Assembly (NCBI GenBank): GCA_963706025.1
Contig: CAVPLM010000005.1
Coordinates: 800,001 to 864,000, forward strand
DNA from: an uncultured Actinomycetes bacterium
Lineage (GTDB): Bacteria > Actinomycetota > Thermoleophilia > RBG-16-64-13
DNA length: 64,000 nt
Reading direction: 5' to 3'
In this document: positions 30,986 to 41,979 of the stretch, piece by piece
Layout of the letters: each line of letters starts with the position of its first letter
How positions within the stretch are numbered: position 1 is the stretch's first letter
The notes under the pieces: model-generated
Databases searched by the model: none
What the model saw: the letters and a program-made list of their open reading frames with translations, nothing else
Told to the model about the DNA's origin: nothing
Program-made: the position numbers and the translations under genes

Positions 30986-32970
30986 CTATTCGAATTCGAG
31001 GATGGGCTGGTTGGCAGCCAGACCGGCGACCGGTTGAGCTAACACGCACTTGACCTTGCCATCGCGCGAAGCGCGAAGCACGTTCTCCATCTTCATCGCC
31101 TCGATGACCGCCAGCTCCTCGCCCGCGCGTACCTCGTCGCCCACCTTGACCGACAATCTCAGCAGCAGGCCCGGCATCGGAGAAAGCAGGAACGGGGAGA
31201 GGTCGTAGGAGGCTTGTGCGGTGCGAGTCGGTTGAACTCGACCGCCCTCCTCGTCAGCACCTTGGCAAGCACCCGGCGGCCGCGGTGCGAGACACGATAG
31301 CCGATGCCGTCGGGTTCCACTTGGAGACAGACAGGCTCTCCGTTGAAGGTGCCGCGGAACAAGGGCCGACCCGGTTGCCAATCGCTCAGAACCTCGAAGG
31401 CCTCCCCATCCAGAATGACCCTGTGACCGTAGCCTCCCGCCTGTACCCTAACCGGGAACTCTGCGTCGCCCAGCAACACCACCCAGTCATCCGCCACCCC
31501 AGTCTCAAGCCCGCGGGTCTGGCCGCTTGTGCGCGCTGCCTGCTCGGCGTGTAGACGGTGGACGACGGCGGCGACCGCTACCAGCAGGGCAGGATCCCCC
31601 TGGGCCGCTTCTTCAGGGTGGAAGCCGAACGGATACTCTTCGGCGATGAAGCCGGTCGAGAGGCGCCCCTCCACAAACCGGGGATGCACCAGCAGGGCGG
31701 AGAGAAAGCTTATGTTGGGAGAGACCCCCTTGATATAGAACTCGTCGAGCGCCTTGCGCATGTGCTCGATGGCCTCGGCTCGGGTAGCTCCGTGGGTGAC
31801 GACTTTGGCGATCAGCGGATCGTAATAGAGGGAGACCTCGCTGCCTTCGTGGACGCCGGTGTCGACCCGGACGGACTCGCTCTCGGCCGGGGGCAGGTAG
31901 CGCACCAGGCGCCCGGCGGAGGGAAGGAAGTCCCGCAAGGGGTCTTCGGCGTACACTCGGGCCTCGAGCGCCCAGCCGCTCATCTCGACGTCGTCTTGTC
32001 GGAAGGGCAGGGGCTCTCCGGCGGCCACCCGGATCATGATCTCCACCAGGTCGAGCCCGGTGACGAGTTCCGTAACAGGGTGCTCCACCTGGAGCCGAGT
32101 GTTCATCTCCAGGAAGTAGTAGTTCCGATCCGCGTCGACCATGAACTCGACCGTCCCGGCCGACTCATACCCCGCCGCTCGGGCCAGGGCCACCGCCTTC
32201 TCGCCCATGGCCCGGCGCATGGTTTCATCGACGAGGGGCGAAGGGCATTCCTCGATCACCTTCTGGTGACGGCGTTGCAGCGAGCACTCCCGCTCTCCCA
32301 GGTGGACCACGCCGCCCTGCTTGTCGGCCAGCACCTGAATCTCGATGTGCCGTGGCTCATGGATGTATTTCTCCACGAACACCCGCCCGTCGCCGAAGCT
32401 GGACCGTGCTTCACTGGTGGCTCTCTCGTACCCCTCGCGGCACTCCGTGTCGCTCCAGGCGATCCGCATGCCCTTGCCGCCACCCCCGGCCGCCGCTTTG
32501 AGCATCACCGGATAGCCTAGGGCCTGAGCTACTCGCACCGCGTGCTCGCCATCGCCGATCACGTCGGTGGAGCCGGGCACCGTCTTCACCCCGGCCTTAA
32601 GCGCCAGCTTCTTCGAGGCGAGTTTGTCTCCCATGGTGGTAAGAGCGTGGACGGTCGGTCCGATGAAGACTATCCCCTGCTCCGAAAGGGCAGCGGCAAA
32701 TGCCGGGTTCTCCGCCAGAAAGCCGTAGCCCGGGTGGACCGCCTCGGCTCCCGTCTTTTTGCAGGCCCCAATGATGCGATCTATGGCGAGATAACTCTCA
32801 CTCGAAGGGGGAGGCCCGATCAAGACCGCCTCATCGGCCAGTTGCACATGCAGGGCATCCTTGTCCGCCTCCGAGTAGATCGCCACGGTGCGGAGGTTCA
32901 TCCGGCGGGCCGTCCTCATCACCCGGCAGGCGATCTCACCCCGGTTGGCGATGAGGATCTTGTCGAACAC
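30986..32970 (-). CDS. pccA: Propionyl-CoA carboxylase alpha (biotin carboxylase + BCCP), frameshifted near 3' end
   Basis: ILIANRGEIA, GGGGKGMR, EMNTRLQVEH; EAMKMEN biotinylation motif. Confidence 0.92.
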
Positions 32971-33004
32971 CTGTGGGCTTCCAGACCGCGCTTCGTGACC
33001 GCGG

Positions 33005-34538
33005 CTACAGCGGGATGTTGTCGTGCTTACGCCAGGGATTGTCCAGCTTCTTTTCCCTCAGCATGGCCAGCGACCTGCAGATCCTCTTGCGCGTGGTATG
33101 CGGCATGATGACGTCTTCGATGAATCCTCTGCGACCGGCGACCAAGGGGTTGGCGAACTTCTGCCGGTACTCTTCGGTCAGAGCCTCGATCCGGGCGGCG
33201 TCGCCGACATCCTGGCGGAAGATGATCTCGACAGCGCCCTTGGGACCCATGACCGCGATCTCGGCTGTGGGCCAAGCCAGGTTCACGTCGCCGCGCAAGT
33301 GCTTGGAGCTCATGACGTCATAGGCGCCGCCGTACGCCTTGCGGGTGATGATGGTCACTTTGGGCACGGTAGCCTCGGCGTAGGCGAACAGCAACTTGGA
33401 GCCGTGCTTGATGATGCCCCCATGTTCTTGGGCCGTGCCGGGGAGAAAGCCGGGCACGTCGACGAAAGTGACTATGGGTATGTTGAAGGCGTCGCAGAAG
33501 CGGACGAAGCGGGCCCCCTTGATAGAGGACCTGATATCCAGGCAGCCGGCCAGGACCAAGGGCTGGTTGGCAACGATCCCCACCGTCGACCCCTCCATGC
33601 GCCCGAAGCCGACGATGAGGTTCTCCGCGTAGCCGGGCTGCAGCTCGAAGAAGTCCTCCTGGTCCACCACTTTGAGGACCAGCTCCTTCATGTCGTAGGG
33701 TTGGTTGGGGCTGTCGGGCACGAGGCTGTCCAAGGACATCTCCAGGCGGTCCGGCGGATCGGGGGTCGGGCGGACCGGCGGCTTCTCCCGGTTGCTCGCC
33801 GGGAGGAAGTCCATGAACCGGCGAAGCATGAGCAGCGCCTCGACGTCGTTATCGAAGGCCCCGTCGGCCACCCCCGACTTGGTGGAATGCGTGACCGCGC
33901 CACCGAGCTCGTTGTGAGTGACCACCTCGTGGGTGACGGTCTTCACCACCTCCGGCCCGGTGACGTACATGTACGAGGTGTCTTTGACCATGAAGATGAA
34001 GTCCGTCATGGCCGGCGAGTAGACCGCCCCTCCGGCGCAGGGGCCCATGATCACCGAGACCTGAGGGATGACCCCCGAAGCCAGCACATTGCGCTCGAAC
34101 ACATCGGCGTAACCCGCCAGCGACGCCACTCCCTCCTGGATGCGGGCGCCGCCGGAGTCGTTCAGTCCGATGATCGGAGCTCCCACGTTCATGGCATGGT
34201 CCATGACCTTGCAGATCTTCTCGGCGTGGGCCTCGGAGAGCGCACCGCCGAACACGGTGAAATCCTGGCTGAACACGAACATCACCCTGCCGTTTATGGT
34301 GCCGTACCCCGTCACCACCCCGTCACCGGGGATGGCCTGACTCTCCATGCCGAAGTCCGTGCACCGGTGCTCCACGAACATGTCCCATTCCTCGAAACTC
34401 TCGGGGTCTAGGAGCAGCTCGATACGCTCGCGGGCGGTGAGCTTGCCGCGGGCGTGCTGGTCGCTCGATGCGCTTCTCGCCACCGCCGAGCCGCGCCGCT
34501 GCACGCTTCTCGTCCAACTTCTTGAAAATGTCGTGCAC
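33005..34538 (-). CDS. pccB: Propionyl-CoA carboxylase beta (frameshift near 34470)
   Basis: [41 protein letters not shown]. Confidence 0.95.
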
Positions 34539-34597
34539 CGGTCTCCCCCCTCCGGCCTCGTCCGCGGAGCCGCCTCGGCGACAGTGGCACCTAGTCC

Positions 34598-36751
34598 CTA
34601 GGTGTGCGCCCGACGCTCGCGGATCAAGCGCAGGATCTCCCTGGCAGCACTAGGGATCTTGGTTCCCGGACCGAAGATAGCAGCTACTCCCGCCCGCTGC
34701 AGCATGTCGTAGTCCTGCACCGGGATGATACCCCCGCACACCACGACGATGTCCTCGCCGCCACCCGCGTGCAGCGCCTCGAGGAGCTGCGGCACCAGGG
34801 TCCGGTGCCCCGCGGCCAGCGAGGACACACCCACCACGTGGACGTCGTTCTCCAAGGCCTGTCGGGCCGCTTCTTCCGGCGTCTGGAACAGCGGACTGAT
34901 ATCAACGTCAAAGCCGATGTCGGCCAGGGCGCTGGCTATCACTTTGGCGCCCCGGTCATGCCCGTCCTGGCCCAGCTTTACCACCATGATGCGCGGCCGC
35001 CGCCCCTCCGATACTGCAAAGGCTTCTACTTCTTTCTGGATCTCCATGAATGCCTCGTCCCCCTCGTAGGCGGAGCCGTAGACCCCCGTGATCGACCTCA
35101 CCTCGGCGCGGTGGCGGGTGAACACCCGCTCGAGGGCCAGGGAGATCTCTCCCACCGTGCCTCGGGCGCGGGCGGCGTCGATGGAGAGGGCCAGCAGGTT
35201 GCCCTCTCCGGTGGCCGCCGCCGCCGTCAGCGCTTCAAGGGCGGCAGCGCAGGCGCCGGGGTCACGGCCGGCCCTTACCTGCTGCAGGCGACAGATCTGT
35301 TTCTCACGTACCGCGGTGTTGTCGATATCAAGGAGGGTGACGGGCGTCTCCTCCGCGGGCGGATACTTGTTCACTCCCACCACCACGTCCTCACCGCGAT
35401 CGATCCGCGCTTGTCTTCGGGCGGCGGATTCCTCGATGCGAAGCTTGGGCAGGCCCGCTGCCACCGCCTTTGTCATGCCTCCCAGCTCCTCCACCTCCTC
35501 GATCAGCCTGCGGGCCTCCAGGGCAAGATCATGGGTCAGACGCTCCACATAGTAGGAGCCGCCCAGCGGGTCCACCACCCGGGTGATCCCTGTCTCCTCC
35601 TGGAGGATGAGTTGGGTGTTGCGAGCGATGCGGGCCGAGGAATCAGTGGGGAGAGCCAAGGCTTCGTCGAAGGAGTTGGTGTGCAGCGACTGCGTGCCGC
35701 CGAGAACGGCCGCCAAGGCTTCGATGGTGGTGCGTACGATGTTGTTGTGCGGGTCCTGGCTGGTCAGGCTCACCCCGGAGGTCTGGCAGTGCGTGCGCAG
35801 CATCAGCGACTCCGGCCTTTGGGGCCGGAAGTGCTCCTGCATCAGCTCGGCCCAGAGTAGTCGGGCTGCGCGCAGCTTGGCGATCTCCATGAAGAAGTTC
35901 ATGCCCATCCCCATGAAGAACGAGAGCCTGGGCGCGAACTCGTCCACCTGCAGCCCGGCTCGAACCGCCGCCCGTACGTATTCAAGACCATCGGCCAGCG
36001 TGTAGGCCAGCTCCTGAAGACAGGTGGCCCCCGCCTCCTGCATGTGATAGCCGGAGATGGAGATGGGGTTGAATCGAGGCATATGGCGCGCCGTGAAACC
36101 TATGATGTCGGCTACGATCCTCATCGAGGGTTCCGGCGGGTAGATGTAGGTGTTCCGGACCATGAACTCCTTGAGGATGTCGTTCTGCAGGGTGCCGGAG
36201 AGTTGCTCCGGTCTCACCCCTTGTTCCTCGGCCGCCACCACGTACATGGCCATGACCGGCAGTACCGCCCCGTTCATGGTCATCGATACGGACATTTGCT
36301 CGAGCGGGATCTGGTCGAAAAGGATCTTCATGTCCTCGACGCTGTCGACAGCCACCCCCGCCGTGCCGACATCGCCGATCACCCGGGGGTGGTCGGAGTC
36401 GTAGCCACGGTGGGTGGGAAGATCGAAGGCGACCGAGAGCCCCACCTGACCCGCCGCCAGATTCCTGCGATAGAAGGCGTTCGACTCCTCGGCCGTGGAG
36501 AACCCCGAGTACTGGCGGATCGTCCAGGGGCGCCAGGCGTACATGGTGGCACGGGGCCCACGCACATACGGGGGAAGACCCGGCAGGCTCTGCAGATGGC
36601 CTACCTCGTCTAGATCGGCAGCAGTGTAGAGGGGTCGGACGGCGATACCTTCGGGACTCTGCCAGGCAAGGTCGGCCTGCGACCGGCCCCTGGTCTCCGA
36701 CTCTACGAGAGCCGCCCAGTCGTCAATGCTTCTCTTGGGAAACTCCGTCAT
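34598..36751 (-). CDS. scpA: Methylmalonyl-CoA mutase (B12-dependent, fused type)
   Basis: [32 protein letters not shown]12-binding motif. Confidence 0.97.
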   Translation of the reverse strand: MTEFPKRSIDDWAALVESETRGRSQADLAWQSPEGIAVRPLYTAADLDEVGHLQSLPGLPPYVRGPRATMYAWRPWTIRQYSGFSTAEESNAFYRRNLAAGQVGLSVAFDLPTHRGYDSDHPRVIGDVGTAGVAVDSVEDMKILFDQIPLEQMSVSMTMNGAVLPVMAMYVVAAEEQGVRPEQLSGTLQNDILKEFMVRNTYIYPPEPSMRIVADIIGFTARHMPRFNPISISGYHMQEAGATCLQELAYTLADGLEYVRAAVRAGLQVDEFAPRLSFFMGMGMNFFMEIAKLRAARLLWAELMQEHFRPQRPESLMLRTHCQTSGVSLTSQDPHNNIVRTTIEALAAVLGGTQSLHTNSFDEALALPTDSSARIARNTQLILQEETGITRVVDPLGGSYYVERLTHDLALEARRLIEEVEELGGMTKAVAAGLPKLRIEESAARRQARIDRGEDVVVGVNKYPPAEETPVTLLDIDNTAVREKQICRLQQVRAGRDPGACAAALEALTAAAATGEGNLLALSIDAARARGTVGEISLALERVFTRHRAEVRSITGVYGSAYEGDEAFMEIQKEVEAFAVSEGRRPRIMVVKLGQDGHDRGAKVIASALADIGFDVDISPLFQTPEEAARQALENDVHVVGVSSLAAGHRTLVPQLLEALHAGGGEDIVVVCGGIIPVQDYDMLQRAGVAAIFGPGTKIPSAAREILRLIRERRAHT

Positions 36752-36819
36752 TCCACCGTTTTCTCTTGCTCAGGACCCAAGTGCCGCGCATGGCCGCCGG
36801 GCCGGCATCATACCACCTG

Positions 36820-36939
36820 GAGCTCGTTTCAGAATGACGCTTTGCCGACAGGGTGCGATCGGCACGAGTGAGGCGAGGACAATGGATCGCTCCGCCCAGC
36901 GCGGACGAGGCGGCCGCGACTTCATTCTGAAACGAGTGT
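36820..36939. mobile_element. MITE copy 2 (120 bp; 42-bp internal deletion relative to copy 1)
   Basis: Near-identical to copy 1 except for the segment between two GAGGAC repeats. Confidence 0.88.
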
Positions 36940-37064
36940 TAGTCCACTGCCCAGCCACCGTCCTCCGCCGGCGTGACCGGTCATGTCGCTCGAAGCACGC
37001 GACGCCGGGAACGCCACCGGCCCGGATCGGCCCTCTTGCGTCGCCGAGTCGGCGCGTCGGTTAC

Positions 37065-37099
37065 CAGGAATGAGAGAAACGTGCAAGAATTCGTCCGAA
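37065..37099 (+). repeat. 35-bp direct repeat, copy A
   Basis: CAGGAATGAGAGAAACGTGCAAGAATTCGTCCGAA; 33/35 identical to 38285..38319. Confidence 0.9.
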
Positions 37100-37110
37100 A
37101 CTCCGAGTAC

Positions 37111-37200
37111 CTGGCTATGGGCGGCGACGCCTTGGCCCGCGGAGGACCGAACCAGGAGAAATCCATGCAGGCGATGGAGAGCTTCCTCGAACTACTCTGA
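37111..37200 (+). pseudogene. Orphan 3' end of the dehydratase subunit gene
   Basis: LAMGGDALARGGPNQEKSMQAMESFLELL* versus LAIDGDALARGGPNQEKSVQAMESFLELL*. Confidence 0.88.
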
Positions 37201-37219
37201 TGCCTACCGGGCCTGAGCG

Positions 37220-38266
37220 ATGCTTCGCGACTCCTACGATGTCGTCATAGTGGGAGCCGGGGTGGCCGGATGCGCAGTCGCCCTTTCTCTGCCGCCCGGC
37301 ACCCGCGCTCTTATCGTGGACCGCGCCGGTCCGGAGTCCGAGCGGTGCTGCGGGGGGCTTCTCGCGCCCGACGCCCAGGCAGCTTTGGCCGCGCTGGGAT
37401 TGAGACTCCCCGACGACCTGCGCGTTCGACCCGAACCACGGTTCGTCCACGTACACGACCTTGACAATCGTCGCCACCAGACCTATCGCCGCGACTATCT
37501 CAATCTGGACCGCCCCCGCTTTGACGCCTGGCTGCTCGCTCTGGCCGGAGAACGGGCCGAAGTGAGCAGGCAAACCAGGTTCGTCGGTGCCGGTTCTGGG
37601 CCTGGTGAGGTACGGCTGAGGCAGGGCACTCGAGCGGCGGTGGTTCAGACCAGGTTGCTGATCGGCGCCGACGGCGCGAGTTCCACCGTGCGGCGGTATT
37701 TCTTCCCGGACCGTCCCGGCCCGCCTACCATGGTGGCCCGTCAGGTGACGCTCGCCTATCCAGAGCAATCCCAGGCCGGTCTCGAGGCCCACGAAGTCCT
37801 TTTCGCGAGTGCTCTCACCGACTTCTACGCCTGGGCCATCCCCAAGGGTGAGACCATGCTCATCGGTTGCGCTTTCGAGGAGACGGAAGGCGCCAGGGCC
37901 CGTTTCGAGCAGATCCTCGCCTGGTACGGGGAGCAGCTTGGACTCGATGGGAAGATCCTGGGCCGCTCTGCACGACGCTTGTCACGACCGCGAAGACGAG
38001 CCGAGCTGTTTCCCGGCCGGGCGGGCGTCCTGCTCATCGGCGAGGCCGCCGGACTCGTCAGCCCTTCGAGCGGTGAAGGCATCTCCTATGCGTTGCTGAG
38101 CGGCCTGGCCTTGGGTCGAGCCATCGCCACCGACAGCCCGGAAACGGCATACAGGCGGGCCTTTGTGCATCTCGAGCGTCGAGTGGCGGCAAAGACGCTC
38201 AAGGCCAAGGTCATCTACTCCCCCCGCCTTCGGTCTTTGGCCTTGCGCTTTCCCTGGTACCCATAG
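37220..38266 (+). CDS. FAD-dependent oxidoreductase, CbrA/geranylgeranyl-reductase-like
   Basis: GAGVAG, CGGLLAPDAQ, GADGASS, YAWAIPK, IGEAAG.VSPSSGEGIS. Confidence 0.85.
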   Translation: MLRDSYDVVIVGAGVAGCAVALSLPPGTRALIVDRAGPESERCCGGLLAPDAQAALAALGLRLPDDLRVRPEPRFVHVHDLDNRRHQTYRRDYLNLDRPRFDAWLLALAGERAEVSRQTRFVGAGSGPGEVRLRQGTRAAVVQTRLLIGADGASSTVRRYFFPDRPGPPTMVARQVTLAYPEQSQAGLEAHEVLFASALTDFYAWAIPKGETMLIGCAFEETEGARARFEQILAWYGEQLGLDGKILGRSARRLSRPRRRAELFPGRAGVLLIGEAAGLVSPSSGEGISYALLSGLALGRAIATDSPETAYRRAFVHLERRVAAKTLKAKVIYSPRLRSLALRFPWYP

Positions 38267-38284
38267 ACACCACGCCCCGCGCCA

Positions 38285-38319
38285 CAGGAATAAGAGAAAC
38301 GTGCAAGAATTCATCCGAA
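38285..38319 (+). repeat. 35-bp direct repeat, copy B
   Basis: CAGGAATAAGAGAAACGTGCAAGAATTCATCCGAA. Confidence 0.9.
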
Positions 38320-38367
38320 GAAAGAAACCCTGGTGCCGCTGTTTTGGGGAAGGAGCACCGAATACAC

Positions 38368-39129
38368 ATGACCGAGACCGAACGTACCCTGGCCGTCTTC
38401 ATCGATTTCGAGAACCTGGCCATCGGTTTCAAGCACCGGCGCGGCGAGTTCGACATCCACAAGATCCTCGAGCGCCTGGTGGAGAAAGGCAAGGTCATCG
38501 TCAAGAAGGCCTACGCCGATTGGGGGGAATACAAGCAGTACACCAAGCCGCTACATGAGAACGCCATCGAGTTGATCGAGATCCCGCGGCGCTCTATGAC
38601 CGGCAAGAACTCGGCCGACATCCGTCTGGCCGTGGACGCCATGGACCTAGCCTGGTCGAAGGAGCACATCGACACCTTTGTGATCGTGTCCGGCGATTCC
38701 GATTTCTCGCCGCTGGTCTCGAAGCTCAAGGAGAACGGCAAGCATGTGATCGGCCTGGGCATGAAGGAGTCGACCTCCGATCTGCTGGCCGGCAATTGCG
38801 ATGAGTTCATCTTCTACGAAGACCTGGAGAAGCAGCCCGCCGCCGCTCCTCCTGGCCCGCAGGCGGTGGATATCCCTCCGGAGAAGAAGGAGGTCTTCGA
38901 CCTGCTGCTGGAATCGATCGCCGCCCTCATCCGGGAGAACAAGGACCCCATCTTCGCCTCCATGGTCAAGGACACCATGCAGCGCAAGAAGCCGTCGTTC
39001 AACGAGTCTGCCTACGGCTATCGCAGCTTCAGCAGTCTGCTCGTGGACGCCGAGAAGCGCAAGTACATCAAGCTGCACCGCGACAAGAAGGCCGGCTGGA
39101 CGTACGTCGTGGAGGGCTTCGTCGAGTAG
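38368..39129 (+). CDS. NYN-domain (LabA/DUF88) protein with OST-HTH domain
   Basis: FIDFEN, KNSADIRLAVD, SGDSDFSPL, FNESAYGYRSFS. Confidence 0.92.
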   Translation: MTETERTLAVFIDFENLAIGFKHRRGEFDIHKILERLVEKGKVIVKKAYADWGEYKQYTKPLHENAIELIEIPRRSMTGKNSADIRLAVDAMDLAWSKEHIDTFVIVSGDSDFSPLVSKLKENGKHVIGLGMKESTSDLLAGNCDEFIFYEDLEKQPAAAPPGPQAVDIPPEKKEVFDLLLESIAALIRENKDPIFASMVKDTMQRKKPSFNESAYGYRSFSSLLVDAEKRKYIKLHRDKKAGWTYVVEGFVE

Positions 39130-39379
39130 GGGGTTACTGCTTCAGCTGCGCAGGTGCGACCCTTCCGCAGCAACCCCCTACTCTCCTGATCTTTACTTCA
39201 GCTGCGCGCCAGAAGCCCACTGCGCTACGTCCGGTGACCAAGGGCGGCTCGTGAGACGCGGCGTTCGCACGCTGCGCAACCACCACCACCGGTCCCCACC
39301 CTATTCCGTCCCGTGTCTCATAGCCGCTTGAAGGAGGAATCGCACCTGCGCAGCCGGGACAAGGGGCTGTGAGACGCGG
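39124..39379. repeat. Cluster of palindromic units with a shared GCTGCGCAGGTGCGA core
   Basis: Stems 39124-39140/39167-39183 and 39311-39325/39365-39379; perfect 15-bp inverted repeat at 39145-39159/39340-39354. Confidence 0.75.
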
Positions 39380-39655
39380 ACCGCACTCCTCCGGCGAGGG
39401 TACGGGCTCGCCTACCGCAGCCAGGAAGAAGTAGGCCGACGTGTCGCCGAGGAACTTGAAGTTCCTCTTGAGGTCGGCGACCGTTGCGGCGAAGTCCGGG
39501 TGCGATCCCAGGTATCCGGCGAATCCGCCGGGGGCCCGGTCCAATTCCAGCAGTCTGCCGGCGTTTTCCACGATGCCCTCGAGCTTGCGATGATTCCTGA
39601 TCACCCGCCGGTCTGCGGAGAGACTGTCGACATCGGCGGGTCGCACGTCGTCCAT
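39380..39655 (-). pseudogene. DNA-3-methyladenine glycosylase I (Tag-like) C-terminal fragment
   Basis: VIRNHRKLEGIVENA, LKRNFKFLG; N-terminal half absent; ORF runs on into the repeat cluster. Confidence 0.65.
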
Positions 39656-39678
39656 GTCGTCCCCTTGTTCCGCATTTC

Positions 39679-41793
39679 CTACTTCCCGTACTGATCCCGC
39701 AAGAGACGCCGCATGACCTTGTTGGACGCCGTCCTCGGGAGCGCGTCTACGAGTACCACGTCGTGGACCTTGAACAGCGGATTGAGACCCGTCGCGATGG
39801 CCCGTTGCATGGCCTTCTTGAGGGATCCCGTCTCGAGTGACGCGTCGGGAAGCGGCACCGCGTACACCACCAACAGGCTGGGTCCCCCTTCGGGTGGGTT
39901 GAAAGCCACCGCCGCCGTTTCGAGGACGCCTTGCACGGATGCAAGCGAACGTTCGATCTCCGAAGAGCTCACCTTGATGCCGCCCAAGTTCATCGTATCG
40001 TCAGCGCGACCGTGCCCGCGATAGTAGCCGCCCGGTAGCTCCTCGACTTCGTCTCCGTGTCTTCGCAGGAGCTCTCCTCCGGGTCCGGGGGGAGTCCCTT
40101 TGTAGTACAAGTCGTGGTGGTCGATGTTGAGAAGGGTGTTCGAAAGACCGATCGAGGGCGGGACGATGAACAGCTCCCCACTCTTGGCCGGTTGCCCGTG
40201 CTCATCCAGGATGCAGAAATCGAGACCGAAGGCGGGGCTGGAGAAGGTCGCCGGTGAGGCCGGACGAACGATCGTGCCCGACATATACCCGCCGCCGATC
40301 TCCGTTCCTCCGCAGTATTCGACGACCGGGCGGTACCCGGCGAGGGACATGAGATATAGGTAATCATCCGCGTTCGAGCACTCTCCGGTGGAGCTGAAAA
40401 GCTTGATCGCCGACCAGTCGAGACCGCGGACCGTGTCCGTGTTCCGCCATGCTTTGACGAGGCTCGGGACCAGACCGAGCATCGCGACGCGGGTGTCCTG
40501 CACGAACTCGCAGAACTCCCGAGTGACCGGAGATCCATAGAAAAGGGCCATGGTCGCGCGGTTCAGCAGGCTCGCGTAGAGAAGCCAGGGCCCCATCATC
40601 CAGCCGATGCTCGTCGGCCAAGCGACGACTTCGCCGGGCTTGATGTCCTGGTGAAGCGAGCCGTCCATCGCGCACTTGATCGGCGTTGTGTGGGTCCAGG
40701 GGATAGCCTTCGGGTCACCGGTCGTCCCCGACGAAAACAAGATGTTCGTCACGTCGTCGGGGTCGCAGGCGACAGGTTCGAAGGTATCGTCATCCGCGAT
40801 GAAATCATCCCAGGTCACATCGTGTTCGCGAAGCGTCACCCCCTCCGCCGCTCCGGAAGAGACGACGATCGCCCGCTCGACTCCGGCCTCCACGACCTTC
40901 TGGTACATCGGCAGCGTCTTGCCTGCTCGAAGCATGACGTCCTCTGTGACAGCGACGCCGGCCGACGATATCCTCACACGCGTCTCGATCTCGTGGGGAG
41001 CAAAGCTGTCCGCGATGGAGGCGACGACATACCCGGCCTTGATGACCCCGAGATAGGCCGCTACGGCCTCCAGAGTCATCGGCATCACGATGGCGACGCC
41101 GGCGCTCCGGGGCAGGCCCGACGCGACCAGGCCCCTGGCGAACCGATTCGAGAGCCGGTCGAGCTCGCCGTAGGTCGTTACCTCGGTCCTGCCGCCCTCC
41201 GGTTGGTGCAGGATGGCGGGAGCGTCGGCAGGCGCCTGGAAGCAGCTCTCGGCGATGTTCAGTCGCGCTCCAGGAAGCCAACGCGGCGACTCGATGCCCA
41301 TCCGGAGATCGACCACGGCGGACGGGCGTTTCTTGAACTTGATACCTAGGGAGTCGATCATCTGCTCCCAGAACGCCTCCCGATGGTCCGCGGACCACCG
41401 ATGAAGCTCGTGTACCGAAGCAAGCCCCGCTCTTCTTGCGAACGCAGCGATGTTCGACGCCGAAATCTCGCGCTCGGTGGGCGTCCACGCAGGGGGCGGG
41501 CCCTGCGAGACATCCCAGTCGCTGAAGATCAGTCCGTATAGGTGCCTGTGCACCGCGAAGGGCATATCGGGAGAGAGAACGTCGCGCGACACGCGGCCCC
41601 ATAGCTCACCCGCCGGCACGTCCCAGCCCAACAGACCGAGCTTCTGGGCCGTTTCGCGTGCGGATTCAGGTGCGAGTCCCAGGGTACGAAGGGTTTCCTC
41701 AGAGATCTCCAGCGGCAGAAGGCCCCCCCTTGCCGAGCAGGTCGCCAGGTAGGGGCCGATGGTAACAGACTCGCCGAGGTTCCGGAAGTCCAT
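39679..41793 (-). CDS. AMP-dependent acyl-CoA synthetase (AAE17/18-like)
   Basis: ILFSSGTTGDPKAIPW, YCGGTEIGG, RHGD, GRADDTMNLGGIK, LPRTASNK. Confidence 0.9.
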   Translation of the reverse strand: MDFRNLGESVTIGPYLATCSARGGLLPLEISEETLRTLGLAPESARETAQKLGLLGWDVPAGELWGRVSRDVLSPDMPFAVHRHLYGLIFSDWDVSQGPPPAWTPTEREISASNIAAFARRAGLASVHELHRWSADHREAFWEQMIDSLGIKFKKRPSAVVDLRMGIESPRWLPGARLNIAESCFQAPADAPAILHQPEGGRTEVTTYGELDRLSNRFARGLVASGLPRSAGVAIVMPMTLEAVAAYLGVIKAGYVVASIADSFAPHEIETRVRISSAGVAVTEDVMLRAGKTLPMYQKVVEAGVERAIVVSSGAAEGVTLREHDVTWDDFIADDDTFEPVACDPDDVTNILFSSGTTGDPKAIPWTHTTPIKCAMDGSLHQDIKPGEVVAWPTSIGWMMGPWLLYASLLNRATMALFYGSPVTREFCEFVQDTRVAMLGLVPSLVKAWRNTDTVRGLDWSAIKLFSSTGECSNADDYLYLMSLAGYRPVVEYCGGTEIGGGYMSGTIVRPASPATFSSPAFGLDFCILDEHGQPAKSGELFIVPPSIGLSNTLLNIDHHDLYYKGTPPGPGGELLRRHGDEVEELPGGYYRGHGRADDTMNLGGIKVSSSEIERSLASVQGVLETAAVAFNPPEGGPSLLVVYAVPLPDASLETGSLKKAMQRAIATGLNPLFKVHDVVLVDALPRTASNKVMRRLLRDQYGK

Positions 41794-41979
41794 CGAGCCT
41801 CGGGCAACAGTCGGCTGGTGCTCCGCTGTGGCTGAAGGGCACACGATTGCCTGTAACCGCGACTTGCGGCGGAAATGGGAGCACGGTGTCCGAAGTCCTT
41901 GCCTCAGCTCCCGATGCTAAGATGACTGCAAAAGCGGCCACGGAAGGGCCCGCCGACCTCTACCCCAAGCGGAGAAGAT

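Noticed and set aside
37065-38319. 35-bp repeats as a CRISPR remnant
   Set aside because: Only two copies, 1.2 kb apart, with no spacer-sized intervals and no cas genes.
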